Below are positions 21,451 through 34,182 of a DNA stretch of 64,000 nucleotides, in pieces. The translations under genes were made by a program, and so were the position numbers. Every line of letters begins with the position of its first letter. Positions within the stretch are counted from its first letter, which is position 1. The DNA is taken from positions 310,001 to 374,000 of the forward strand of contig JBDOQK010000004.1 of NCBI GenBank assembly GCA_040437565.1. The letters run 5' to 3'. Origin of the DNA: Albugo candida. Taxonomy: Eukaryota. A model generated the notes under the pieces. It was not told where the DNA came from. It worked only from the letters and a program-made list of their open reading frames with translations, and made no database searches.

Positions 21451-24400
21451 AAAGTCTCCCGATGCGCTGGAAAAAAAGCCAACGGCTAGATGTGTCTCAG
21501 ATGCAACGCTTCACGCAGTTTTAACAATGGCCACTTAAAGCTGTGAATGACGTCCGTCCATCGTGCAGTTCTTCGTCGAAAAAGTTATCTGGTTAGCGTG
21601 ACACGTACGCGACAAACTCCGAGGAATTGTACTGCTGGTTTCCTGTTTCATCTTCATCCAATTTCAGCGATAATAAAAGGTTTACGATTCAACTTGTTCC
21701 GTCTCGACGTGAATTTATATGTGGACGCAATTTTATTTGTTGGCCGTAAAAAGTTTCGTCGCAGAAACCTTCGTGTTGTGAATACAAAAAAGAGAGTTTG
21801 ACTTGTGTAGCCAGCCAGCAGTGCACCAAAAGCTTCAGTATCACTTGTCGATCTGTATGAGTAAACGCCACAGGTAGCACTTATGCTTGTTGAATCGAGG
21901 CCGTGCATAATGACTGCGTCAGATTCTCCAGCTCGAACGAAACCCGTGGACTCAAAACTTTGCTGAGCATCATAGATGATGTCTATTGGTTTGATCATAT
22001 CGAAAGGAAAGATTGCGAACATTAGAAACAAGCCTTCATTGTGTGGTATCGATCATGCTGACATACCAATGGCCAAAGCATTTTACAGACTCCTGAGGTC
22101 GTGTTATTCAGGACGAAACAAAAGAACACTGATCAGTTCAAGTAGGGCACTAAGTCCTGTTATTATAGTTGGCTCACTGTTTCTCCCATCCATATACATT
22201 TCTGATGACTTTCATTACACTGGTATGAGCAAAATGAAATATCTACGACAGACAACTTGTAATCGGATTCAAGACATCACTATCCCGGACTTCAGCAATT
22301 GAAAGGAACGAGTCAAACGGATCGGCTTGAACGCGAATATGAAAGAGACTGCAGTGAAGTCAGAAGAGTGGATATACCTGTATGAGGATACGAGCTCATG
22401 GTAGACGTCCAGCATGCAGCGCATATATCTTTTTGAGATATCCATACCTAGAAGTTCCTGGGCCTTGTCTTGGTTGCAGACCTCAGTGAGCACTCGACGT
22501 AGAAAAGAACGGAGGACGCTGCGACTTTGAGTATCATCGTGGCAAAAGTTGAGAGCGGTCTAATGGAAAGCATTGCAGAATGAAATCGGCAGGCTAAAAA
22601 GATGTTGGCGATCGGATATTCGTGCGTGTAACGATGTAGCCATCTATCTTCTGCGATGCAGCGGGATATCACGTAACATATATGGAATTATTAGAGGGAA
22701 GCAAGACTGCTTGATTCTACGTTTACGTACGACTCAGCTTTTCAGCACTTCTCTCCGCTTCCAATATTATACTTACTTACGTCGCAATCACTAACTACTT
22801 CATCTGCGCCACTATCATCGGCTTGGACGATCAACCTCTTTTGCTGCTACGTGACAAATGGCATGATTTCACGATGTACTTTGCTACCCACATGGACCAT
22901 TTTCACTTAGCTACCGTATGTGCATTCTGCGATAGTAACAGCTCTAAAAGGTGACGGCTTGAACAATGTCGTGAAAGTAAGTACATACCTGGGTGCTGTA
23001 CGCGATAAGATCTATACTTTTCATTCCCAAAAATCTACACAACTTGAGCTGATATCCAAGCTTCTTAAATAAGCCCTCAACCATTCAGAGAGCCATGAGC
23101 TCGATTAGCGCGAAAAGAAAATTGTGATAGGTTACTCAAATGATCTATCGATCCACATTCAAGCCCAAGTCACAATGCTTTGACTACGATGGTAACACAA
23201 TCCTCCAGTATCGGAAGTAATTAATGATGTTTAGAATGAACGCAACTAGAAGCTACGCAACAGTCTCTCCTCCGCTTTATGAGCGTAAAAGCTGGATTAC
23301 ATCGATAATAGAACCGCAAAATGGTCACAGCAGGTGTATAGACGAATATACATAGCAAGGTCGCTCACGATCTTTGCGCATAATTCCTTTCAAATTCGAC
23401 TATCAACTCGTCAGAGTCAGCATGCTTGTTCCATCTCTACCGCTAAACGTTTCTAGACCATGAGTACGACTCGAATGATCCTCCAATTTACGTCTCCCAA
23501 TAAACGTACCTTTCCAATACAGAACGGAGTCGGGTTTTTGGACAGAGACATAGGCAGACGCAAGGTAGATCTGGTACCCTGCAAGCCACATAAGGCCTTA
23601 ATATCGCTTTACTCAAAACCCAATCGCTACGTGATCTCCATTGCACTAACACGTTATGGATGGAAAGCACCGTATCTCCTTAGTAGCTTATGCGTCCTGC
23701 ATTATCGTTTCAAATACGCCATGATGTTTGCAGCCATAATGGGGAGCCGGATGGTAACGCTTCTCCATCTCTGTGTCTTTCTTAAGGAAAAGTATCACCT
23801 CATCGACCTCATTTGATTCCTAAAATGGATGTTAGCCGACCTGTTCTTACGACATCGAATACGAGACTCCCGGATGATGATGCGTGCATCAAGTCAACTT
23901 ACACTTTAACTCATTCACTGTCTAAGCCAAATAACTGAAGCGTAGCTTCAGCACAAGCACTGAGTATTCTCTGTCTTTTGGCATGACTCCTAACTCCCCA
24001 TATAAGTGGTAACAAGTAGAAAACTATTATGGAAACATAGGATTTGCCCGATATTTAATCATTTATTGCAGAAGATCCATGCAATTTTTCAAATGTACAC
24101 GACCACGAGTGCATTGAAATCGCTCAATCCGTGATCCAGACAGTGGTTGCGCAATGAGTTGTGCTTTGATACGAAAGACGATGATAAAGGGTGTCAGGCA
24201 TGTGAAGATTGTTTGCATTGCATTGCGTAAGCAATCCGCAACACGGAATTCAATGTTTGCTTTCTTATGCTCGACTTGTTGGATGATGTGGCCAAATTCT
24301 TGAGATTTCCTGGGAGAATGTCGCGTGGATTCTCATGCAAAATCGTATTTACAATTGACCGCACTAGGAAATTGCTTTGTATCTTCCCGCTTTATTACAG

Positions 24401-25399
24401 AAGGGATGTAATGCGCCCGCAAAAAGCACGTAAAGCGATCCCTGCTACTCCTACTGATATTTCCGCTAATTCAGCTAAATCCAATCAAGCTTATTACCAG
24501 ACATTCAACATGTATAGAGATCGCCAGTCTCACGGCACATTTTGGCTGAGTCTGGAAGATGAAAGTGCTATAATTTGCTAAGACTTTTTATCCCTACTTT
24601 GTAGTGAGTAAGGCTTATTATGCCGCATGACTTTTGGATCGATAAATAATACAAAGGGAGCATGATCTTTAAGGTTTGTCATATAAGTCTTGAAAATTCA
24701 GCATAGCAAGATTTATACAAGCAAGTCGTTGCGAAGGTACTTGGTATAACCAAAGGAGCATAATCAAGCTAACTTTCTTTATCCCTGCACAATCAATAAC
24801 GTAATCGTGTAGAATCGGGCACCGACATTCCGAGTTTACCGATCAAGTAGCGGATCACAGTCGACGGACTCAATAATGTGAAATTGCTGTTCGGAATCTC
24901 ACTCTGATGCATTGAGTCTCATGTGTCAGTACAAATGTTGAAGCTCCAACGTTGAGATCTCTTCATATATTGACGCTGATTGAGGTGCTATGTGATGGAG
25001 AGAGCCTCAAGATGTAACTTAACAAACGGAAACAATTCACTTAATCTGCCATACTAACGTTTTCACACTTGGAACGTATCCTGTGATCTGCCCGAAAACG
25101 AAGGGAAGTCATTATTGTCTTTCTTCGTTTCAACGTTGTACCAATACCTGGCTGGTAGACGTCCTGTACCGACCCGTGCGCCATTGTTCAAAAATTTTAT
25201 CCTACTATTACCTGATTCGTCCACAGAGACATTTGCATCGCATTTGTGGAAACATGATGCCACATAACATCGTCGAGCACTAGAAAGCGATCACACAAGT
25301 CGCTTCCAGCGGATTTCTCCTATCTCTTAGGACAGAGAGTGGTCGGGCGAGACAGCCTCTTTTTTGCACGAGCATCACCGGTATGGAAATTAGTTCCCT

Positions 25400-27340
25400 A
25401 TACTCCTCGTCGATCATCGCTTACCTAAGATTGAAGAGCTCCCTTGACTACACTAATCTTGAAGACCGAAACGCCTTGGTCAAAACGTGGGTCGTTATCA
25501 GCCGCGACTCAATACAGTCGGGTGTCAATAATTTTTTTAGCAACGTCTTAAAAAAAACCTTCACCACACACCGACGTGTTTAGCGCTAGAAATGCCGTTT
25601 TTTTCTTCCAGTTTCCGAGCAGCTGCCTGGTTGTCCTCGAACATTCATCACCGTGCGTTCGACCTTTTTAAGTAGTTCGCTCACCCCCACCAACCAGCAT
25701 CGCACATGAGAGGCTGACGTGAACTCGTCATCCATGGTGGAGAGTGACACTCAGATTTGCTACATGCAAAATTATAGAATTGATGCTCCATCAGAGGTAA
25801 TTGTTTATACAGTGACGAGCTTTCTGTAAGCTGGCAGAAAAGTCTATTTTGCAATTGAAGTACCTTTCGGATTCCGATGAGTAAATCGCATCTCTAATTT
25901 CATGCTCTTAGTCTTTTTTAATCATATTGCTGTCTATGATTCTGCAATGCAAAATGATGTCAGGACGCGTGTAATGCTAAATACGATAAGCTTAGCACAA
26001 CTGACTGCTTATTGAGTACGATCGGCTCATTCCTGGACGAATAAGAACACCTTTTAATCCCCCTAGTCCAGAAATTTCTCACTCGCGCCTTTTTGATCCA
26101 AATAGTATATGCTGTCTTACAGTGCCTCTGATGCTAGCAGGCTTTTCTTGCCAGATTTTCTAATCAAAAGTTGCCATTCCGTCAAAACATTTGCGTACCC
26201 GTATCAACTCAAACACCGTCACTCGCTAGTCATCAGCGGAAACGAGAACGATTGTTGCTCCTCCGCCATGATGCTTGAGGTGCAGGCACATGTTGATCAA
26301 GCAGCGAGCTACTAGCGTAACAAACAGGAGTGCTCTCCACAAACGACCGGCTTTACTCAATCCGTAAAGTGATTTCTTATTTATTCCAGCTTATCGTTCC
26401 AATCCACACCAAGGTGTTCTAGAACCCTTTCAACAATCATCGTGCCTTGTGAAATCGCCAGAAACACCTTCAGATGCTGCTGATCCTCATCTGACTTTAC
26501 TGATGCGTTGAGGATATCTCCTGCCTAGCTCGCCCTCTCCTTTGCAACGCAAGCGCCAGGATCATTTTTACCGTACTCAGTTCCATACCTACCGCAACTC
26601 TAATACCATAATCAACTTCGAAGTCTTTTCTGCTGCTACAAGCAACTAAATGTGCCTTAGAAAATTCGATTGCTCCATCGGCGTCCGCCTTGATCTTAAA
26701 ATGCTCTCAGTTGGAGTGGGTCTAGTAGGGTGACCCGTCTACCAGCCATGCTCCATTGCCGTCGAGCTCTTTCATCATTGCGATAACCCACTTCTCCTTG
26801 TGGCTCCTTTTTATGGCTTTTTTATAGTTTTCACTGTCTGGCTATCACACGGAATGTTCTCTTTCGATATTCTCACTGTCCTTTCTCACTGCCAGTTCGT
26901 CGTCTTTGCGTCCCACTGGTCTGGTACGGTATCGACAGCGCCTCCATAGCTTTTGTGTCCGCACCTCTTCGCTTTCTTTACCGATAACCTTCCTGTTTGG
27001 CTATTCGACAATTTCTCGCATGCTAGTCCGCCCCATCTTTGACGTCGGTTTGATGAACTCGTCTCAGCTGCGCGATCTATTCATTTGTTATTGTTTCCAC
27101 GTTTCTAATGTGGTAATTCAGCAAACCTATTTTCTCCGAAGAAATGTAAATCCGGTATTCCTCAACATCGTCACATGTACCGATCATCCTACCCTTCGTT
27201 TACGCTCTCCAAGCAAGTTGTATTTGGCGTTGCGATGCACCGTAAATGGTGGGATCAAGAACAGATGTTTTACTCACTTCTTGTACCGTCTCAAAAAGCA
27301 TTTCTTTGAGATGTAGGCCGTCCGTTACGTCACATCTAGC
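25400..27340 (-). mobile_element. Heavily decayed Ty1/Copia pol relic (integrase C-terminus, RT, RNase H, polypurine tract)
   Basis: Minus-strand fragments: GRMIGTCDDVEEYRIYI...HIRNVETI (about 27.1 kb); FKIKADADGAIEFSKAHLVAC (about 26.7 kb); VSLSTMDDEFTSAS...FEDNQAA...SAKHV...VLTKAF (25.45-25.75 kb); GAGGAG tract near 25403-25408. Confidence 0.75.
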
Positions 27341-27689
27341 CAAGGTATGTAAAAATCCACAGTAAATTTTATCGTACTACGCACCGTGATAATAATGGCT
27401 CGATGTATCATTTGCACTTAATCACTGCTAGCCTGGAATGGCCATCTCGTTCATTTGCCGCGCATTTTCTGTTTCCTTTGAGAGAAGGTCCAGGTCCTGT
27501 AGTCGCCTCCTCTGTCAGTACTTTTGACATGAATTCGGCAATTGGAGTCGCGTTCATAAATACAAAGGAAAACTCAAACATTCAAGCCGCGACATCCTTA
27601 GTCTTGTTGGGAACATTATTTAATATTCCGAGTGTTGACCTACAAAGCTTAGCATATATCGGTTGCCCGGTCCATCTCGCAGAGTCATC

Positions 27690-29876
27690 GTTTCAAAGAG
27701 ATATCGGGTCACATACCAAAGGAGCGTGTAGTGGTGGTAACTCAGCATGCTTAGAATATTGAAACCCTGACTAATATTCAAGACCATGAATTGAGAAAAA
27801 TTTCGCATGGTACTGAAGATTAGGAGGAGCTTGATGGCAGCCATGTCGAGCACTCAACAAAGGCAGGTCGTCCGGATGGACACGTTACCGATACCTGACA
27901 CGGTCAAGACGCGATGAAGTCGATAAGCCAAGTGATCAAGTTTACATTATTGAAATTTAAGACTTTGCCAGCACTACTATCAGAGAACCAGACCAAAGAA
28001 ACTACGGCGAGGCTATGAAGCTGTGAAAGTTGAGTGATCGGTGGCCATAAATATAGAGCTGAACCCTTTGGATGAAAATGGTGTGTGGAGAGTGATAATT
28101 CCACCTAAAGACTCACACGTTCTCCCCAATACGTGGGTTTTCAAGACGAAGATAGATGCTGATGGAAATGTAGAGAGATAAAATGCAAGTCTCGTTGTAT
28201 GTGGCAATGAAGAACTCTTTGGAATCGATCACACTTTGACTATCGCTGCGATAATGGAACTTGGAACCGTAAAGGTAATCTTTTTATCCTCGTCTATGGG
28301 ACGTACCGAATGCATATGTCAGGGCTGAAAGAGAAAGACGTTGACATATTCATGAGAGTGCCAAAGAGGAATGCAACTCGGCCAAGATATCTTAAATAAC
28401 ATGAAGTTGAGCATACCAAAGAGCTTATCTATTGTTATAGAAATCGCCGTATGGCCTGAAGCAGGCCGTAAGTCTAAGGAGCAAGCTATTGCAATCGAAG
28501 TGGTCGCCCTAGTATTCAAGCAGTGTAAAACAGACATGTGTATGCACATTAGAGATACCGATGGGAATGTTACGGTTGTTGGTGTGTATGTCGACGACTT
28601 GTTGGTCACCGGGACTTCAACCAATGTCGTTGGACAATTTTTTGACCGCATGGTGTCGTGAACAAGTTTCTGGGTTGACGTATAATGTTGGACACTGGGT
28701 CTGGTTAGATACTGGATGAAGAAGTGGCGTTCGACTTATTGTTAGAGGATCATAGTTTGAATTCTGCAAACGGGGTTCGGAACCAATTGGAGAAGAATGC
28801 AACGAAGAGGAAACGCAAGGTTCAGAATTGTAGGTTGCATTACCCGAAGGCGTGCTAGCAAGCATCAAGGCATTTCAGTCCCATTTTGGGAGTCTACCAT
28901 GGATAGCAAGATGCACTCACCCTGACATCTGTTTTGCAGTGCACCGCGCAACCAGGCAGACTCACACAAACCGACGATGGGGAAATGTAAATCGGCCAAG
29001 CCGATTTGCGCGATAATTCAAGGAGACGAAGTCGCTGAAGTTATGCGTCAACAGTACAAGCCAATCTGGGGACCCCATCCCATCAAGATCGAAAGCTGGA
29101 GCGACGCAGAATTTGCCGCGGACAAGTTGGATTGAAAGTCAGTGTCAGGATGCGTGCTGACGTTGGATGGTGCAGTGCTATCGTGGACATGTAAGAAGTA
29201 GACTGGTGTCTCGCTTAGCACTATGGAAGCGGAGTTCTTCGCTGAGTCGCATGGTGGTCGTGAGCTTCTAGGGCTGAGGGGATTGTTCGGTGCACTGGAC
29301 ATGAAAGTTTTCGAGCCGATGACCATGTGGATGAACAATCGAGCGGCGATCAAGCAACTGGTAAGCGAGAAAATTACCTCAAACGTGAAAACGTGTCGAC
29401 ATTCGTTTTAAGTTTATCTGTCACCACGCTCAGGCTGAGGTCGTGCAGCCAAGATTTATCAAGTCTGATGATATGACAGCGGATCTGTTGACGAAAGCAC
29501 TATCGCTACCAAGTATTTTGAACCTGCGTGGGATATTCAAGTTCAAGGCCATCCAGGATGACGTCGAGGAGGAGTGTTAGACGATACGATACTGTTTTCT
29601 GAAAGGTCGTCAAATACTGAGTTTGAAGTACAAGACCCATTACAAGTAAAGTCCGACCTCATCTGAACGGCTGGTTGGTGGCAACATGATATATGAGATG
29701 AAGAGCGACGGTCACCACGTGGTACCAGACGGACGTCATTTGAAGCGTGACATGGTCAGGTTTGTAATGCCGTTGCACATGCATGTTGTAGTGTTGACAA
29801 ACAAGGTTGATGCTAAAGATATTTTCCGCTTACTTCTACCTCTATTGCAACAAGTCAATATCAAATACATTTAACA
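27690..29876 (+). mobile_element. Decayed Ty1/Copia LTR retrotransposon (3' half)
   Basis: IPKERVVVVTQH, WVFKTKIDADGNVER, VGVYVDDLLVTG, WSDAEFAADK, VSLSTMEAEFFA, MTADLLTKAL, with many stops and frameshifts; PPT GAGGAGGAG immediately before TGTTAG. Confidence 0.92.
29575..29876 (+). repeat. Putative 3' LTR (302 bp)
   Basis: Starts TGTTA directly after the PPT and ends TAACA (5-bp inverted termini). Confidence 0.7.
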
Positions 29877-30639
29877 TGAACTTGACACTAAAAAGTGAGT
29901 ACAAAGTCTTCCAATTCAAATGATTGTTCTGCGGAGGAAAGATAGCTGGATTTTCTTTCCAGTCATCATGTTATCGAAATTCCTCTCATTTATATAGGGC
30001 ATCTAACTACTATTCCGTCGATGCTCTGCCATTTCATGCAGACCATCATTCTGCCAGTGGAAATGAAACTTTTTTCCCAACTGTTTAAGGTAGTATACGT
30101 GATTTCAATATAATTATATCTCGGCTTGCGTAAGAAGGTTTTTGCTTCAACTAGCACAAACGCAATAACTAGCACTAATAATCACGAGGAAGCCAGGTGA
30201 CGAAAAACGAAAAACAATCGAAGCAAGGTGCTGCCACTCAGCTACCTTCCTTTCAAGATCAATACAGTAATCAAGTAATTGCTCCCTTCTGTTACCTCGC
30301 ATTCGATAACTGAATGCAATCTTGTAGCAGTTGTAGTGAAGTCTTCAGAGGCGCTTTCCAATACACATCATCTCAATCGGGGCCACGCATGGATGAAGTA
30401 CAAAAGGTGAAACTATCACTTATCCTGGCACATGAGACTTGATCGCATCAAAGTTGTCTTCCAAAAACGAAATGCACACAAATTTATTAGTTTACTATGC
30501 TTTGTCAAGGAATCAGCACATGGTTTCTGCGACCGTGTGGCCAATCCTCTAGGGGTTCACCATTATTTGTGCGAGCATGCTGGAGCGCAGCAAGTACCTA
30601 TGCAATATTTGATCCAACGATCACAGCACTATCCTCCAA

Positions 30640-30790
30640 TTTGACCACATTTAATGCCCAGATTAGATCTCACTTTCTGACACTAATTATTCTGATTGTA
30701 GCTTTTCTGCTGCCACCGGAGTACGTTTTCTTTTGCATATTGCATATAAGCCATCGCGTCTTGTGAATTTCGATTTGCGCCATAAAAGGA
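30640..30790 (-). mobile_element. Possible remnant of a PIF/Harbinger-type transposase
   Basis: RWLICNMQKKTYSGGSRKATIRIISVRK*DLIW loosely resembles WxNCPxxxxGQYxGxxxKPTIxLEAVxxxDLWIW; similarity is weak. Confidence 0.2.
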
Positions 30791-31541
30791 TGAATTCCAT
30801 ACAAGAAAGCGATAAAAAAGTCTGCCACAGTTGGATCCGAGATGATGCCAGACATATAAGACTCACATCAAAGCGCAACTGGAGAAATGAATGATTTGAT
30901 AATATGAAGTCAAGAACCGTTGAGCAGGCTCAACATCGCGTCGGCTATCTTTTGCAATAACAGAGATCGTCGGTCGCTTGACCAGTACTCAGCTTACCGG
31001 GACAACACGCGTTCAGTTCACACTTTTACTACAGAAACGAAATATTCGGCGTGGAAAATGTCGATGACTATGATATTGTCCTTCACAGGTCAAAAATATG
31101 GCTACACGCGGCATCCTTGTTCTTGACTGTCCATTTTACTAATTCAAACTTTCTCCTCTGAAGCGGTACATGCACGTTGTTCTGGAAACTTGGTTATGCA
31201 CATGAGAGTCGCTTTATTTGGAAAATCTTGCGTTGATTTGACACGACATCTTTTATAGCATGATTTTAAACGACCAGTGCGTAAGTGAGTCTCTTTTGTC
31301 CAATGATCCGAATACTACTCGTAGCTGAATACGCCTGGAACTGCACACATTGTCTATTGTCTATAAGATTCGTGCTTGACCACTTCGGTTGTTGGCAAGA
31401 TGATATGTCGGATCCGTAGAGAGCTTGAGGGTTTTGTGACACAGGTTTAAATATCTTTGTGACTGTTCTGATTGCCACTATCCTTTTATCTCGTCGTATA
31501 GGCTTCAACCAGTTTGTTTATCACTTATAATCAAGCCTCAA

Positions 31542-32269
31542 TGCTGCCATGACTTCTAAGCAACTCTATGTGATAGCCAGACGTATTTAGATCATTTTCA
31601 GATATTTGGTTGGTCACAACAGGTATAAGTCCAGATAGATTCGTGGTGTATTAGTGGTGGTTGTGTTCATACTTATTTGAAGTAACGTATGCTCGTTCCA
31701 CAGAACACGACACAGTAGCATGTTAATGTCACAGTAAGCACGTTATGTCTATTGTACGGAATAATCGTCTAACAAAGCGACAAGAAATCCCTCAGTAATG
31801 AGCAGATTCCCGAGTATATTGGACATGGCTGCCGTGAAATAAGCACTTGAACGTCNNNNNNNNNNNNNNNNNNNNNNNNNNNNNNNNNNNNNNNNNNNNN
31901 NNNNNNNNNNNNNNNNNNNNNNNNNNNNNNNNNNNNNNNNNNNNNNNNNNNNNNNTGCTGCCATGACTTCTAAGCAACTCTATGTGATAGCCAGACGTAT
32001 TTAGATCATTTTCAGATATTTGGTTGGTCACAACAGGTATAAGTCCAGATAGATTCGTGGTGTATTAGTGGTGGTTGTGTTCATACTTATTTGAAGTAAC
32101 GTATGCTCGTTCCACAGAACACGACACAGTAGCATGTTAATGTCACAGTAAGCACGTTATGTCTATTGTACGGAATAATCGTCTAACAAAGCGACAAGAA
32201 ATCCCTCAGTAATGAGCAGATTCCCGAGTATATTGGACATGGCTGCCGTGAAATAAGCACTTGAACGTC
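31542..32269. repeat. Apparently identical 314-bp duplicate (31542-31855 / 31956-32269) either side of a 100-N gap; likely unmerged contig overlap
   Basis: Direct comparison; no differences seen. Confidence 0.9.
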
Positions 32270-32808
32270 ATAAAAAGACGTGACTTTCGGAGCACGACTG
32301 AATTGTGTTTGGGTTCATACTTGGTATATTTGTTACTGCATGCGATCGAAACCAGAACGCAAATCTCTAACAAAATGCATAGTACTGTGACAGCTGTAGA
32401 CAAGATCGAAGGCTAAAATGGTCTCCCCGGCTTCACTAACTTCACGTAGAGCTATGCAGAGACAGTTTGTAGTGAGCGGAGCTATGTCGTCCGACTCTTA
32501 ATGCAACACGAGTGCTTTGGTATACTGTACCAACTTGCGCACGGTTCCTTTGTTATGTAAAAAGCAGGACCTACCCTACCTGAACCACAGTCCTTTCCAT
32601 TCTTTTACTGTTTGTCGTACTTAGTGAGAGAATACCATGAATAAGATCTGTAAAATTGGAATCCACAAAATATTCAAAGTAGTCAAGCATTGGCAGCTTA
32701 GATTCACGTGCGACCGGCTAATTAATTATAGATACACAAAATACTTGTGAGACGACATATTTTACATCAAATTGAATGTGCTAGACGCAGTGATTTTATT
32801 ACAACATC

Positions 32809-33931
32809 ATGAATTTCACACTGGTTACTGAGTCAATGTGTTTGTCACCACAAGATAAATTACGATCGTATAGTCCACTCGGTCTTATACATCGAAAAAA
32901 ACAGTTTACACATACTGCGGATGAAGAGATTGGTGAGTGCAAAGAAGAAGATGGTCAAATAGCTAGCGAAAGTGAAACCTGGAATGACAGCACGGACGAA
33001 AGCACGAACGGATGGGTCTCTGATGAAAACTTACGATCGCTAGACATTGATGAGAGTTTCAATCATGATATCGATTGGGTCAAAGATGATGATATCAAAT
33101 CCTCTTTATTAACAATGAGCGATGGAGCAGAAATGGATAACGTTGACTTCACGTTGTATCTCTCACCTCTTCGTCACAGCTTCTCTTTTTATGAAGACGG
33201 CATGGAAACAAACTCTTCTCTTCACGGTACGGGCACTTGAAATACCGATGACGTGTTTTGTCTCTGATGCGGCTTTGTGTATATCAGAACCTACGCACAC
33301 CGATATGATGGGTGCAAACAAGGCGGAAAAGCTTCTCATGAGTTTTGAAACAATGCATTTTACCATACCATCACCTACAAGCTCAGGGGGAAAATCCAGT
33401 CTACAATACACCGAACCTCGAAATATGGAGATGGATTGTGTACACGCTGCCAGTGTTGATTCAGTTCAGGACTTCGTGAACAGGGAAAAGCATTCACCCA
33501 CACGAAGTCATACTTTCGCGAGCACTTCAAACGATTCCGATTCGAGAAAGCGTATTGGAAGCTATAGTCCGGAAGCAAGAAGGCTTCGCATTCACAGGTT
33601 CCATGAAAAGAGGAAAAATCGCACTTGGAAAAAAAGCATCAAGTACGATTGTCGCAAGAAGCTCGCTGATGATCGTCCACGGATCAAGGGAAGATTTGTT
33701 CGAGTTGCGGAAAATCGAACAAGTCCATCGGATTATAGTTCTAGCACGGAAGATACCCTTGTTATGATGCTAATGCCCAATGAGCTGCAATCTCCTCAAT
33801 CATTTTGTAGTTCGCCGGAAGATGTGGATAACGAGGGAAATGGAATGGACCAGGATCTTCCAGAGCTTGTTTCAACAGATTTGGATGCAAGTGCAGCGAT
33901 TTTTAATCCTTCGGTTTCATCGTCCTATTAG
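32809..33931 (+). CDS. CCT-motif nuclear protein; 2 exons (intron 33227-33287)
   Basis: IGSYSPEARRLRIHRFHEKRKNRTWKKSIKYDCRKKLADDRPRIKGRFV is a CCT motif; removing the GT-AG intron joins the two ORFs in frame. Confidence 0.9.
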
Positions 33932-34182
33932 GAAAACCACTGGTTTGGAACATGAAAGCCTGATGTAGTTAGAAAAGGAAATGTTGAACAAAGTTCTACT
34001 TGAAATTTTTTCTCTGCCTCGTGATTAAGTGTACCGCAACTGGGTATGCGGCTCGAGAACAGCAATAATGAGGACAATGCAATGCTCTTTTGACACACAC
34101 ATAGATTAGATTGTGGTAGCACATTTATGATAGACACTACATGCAACAAACTTGACACAGGGCATAGACAATGTCACATGAC

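Noticed and set aside
31542..32269. 314-bp direct repeat as a possible LTR pair or biological tandem repeat
   Set aside because: Copies look identical and abut a 100-N placeholder gap on both sides, typical of an unmerged contig overlap.
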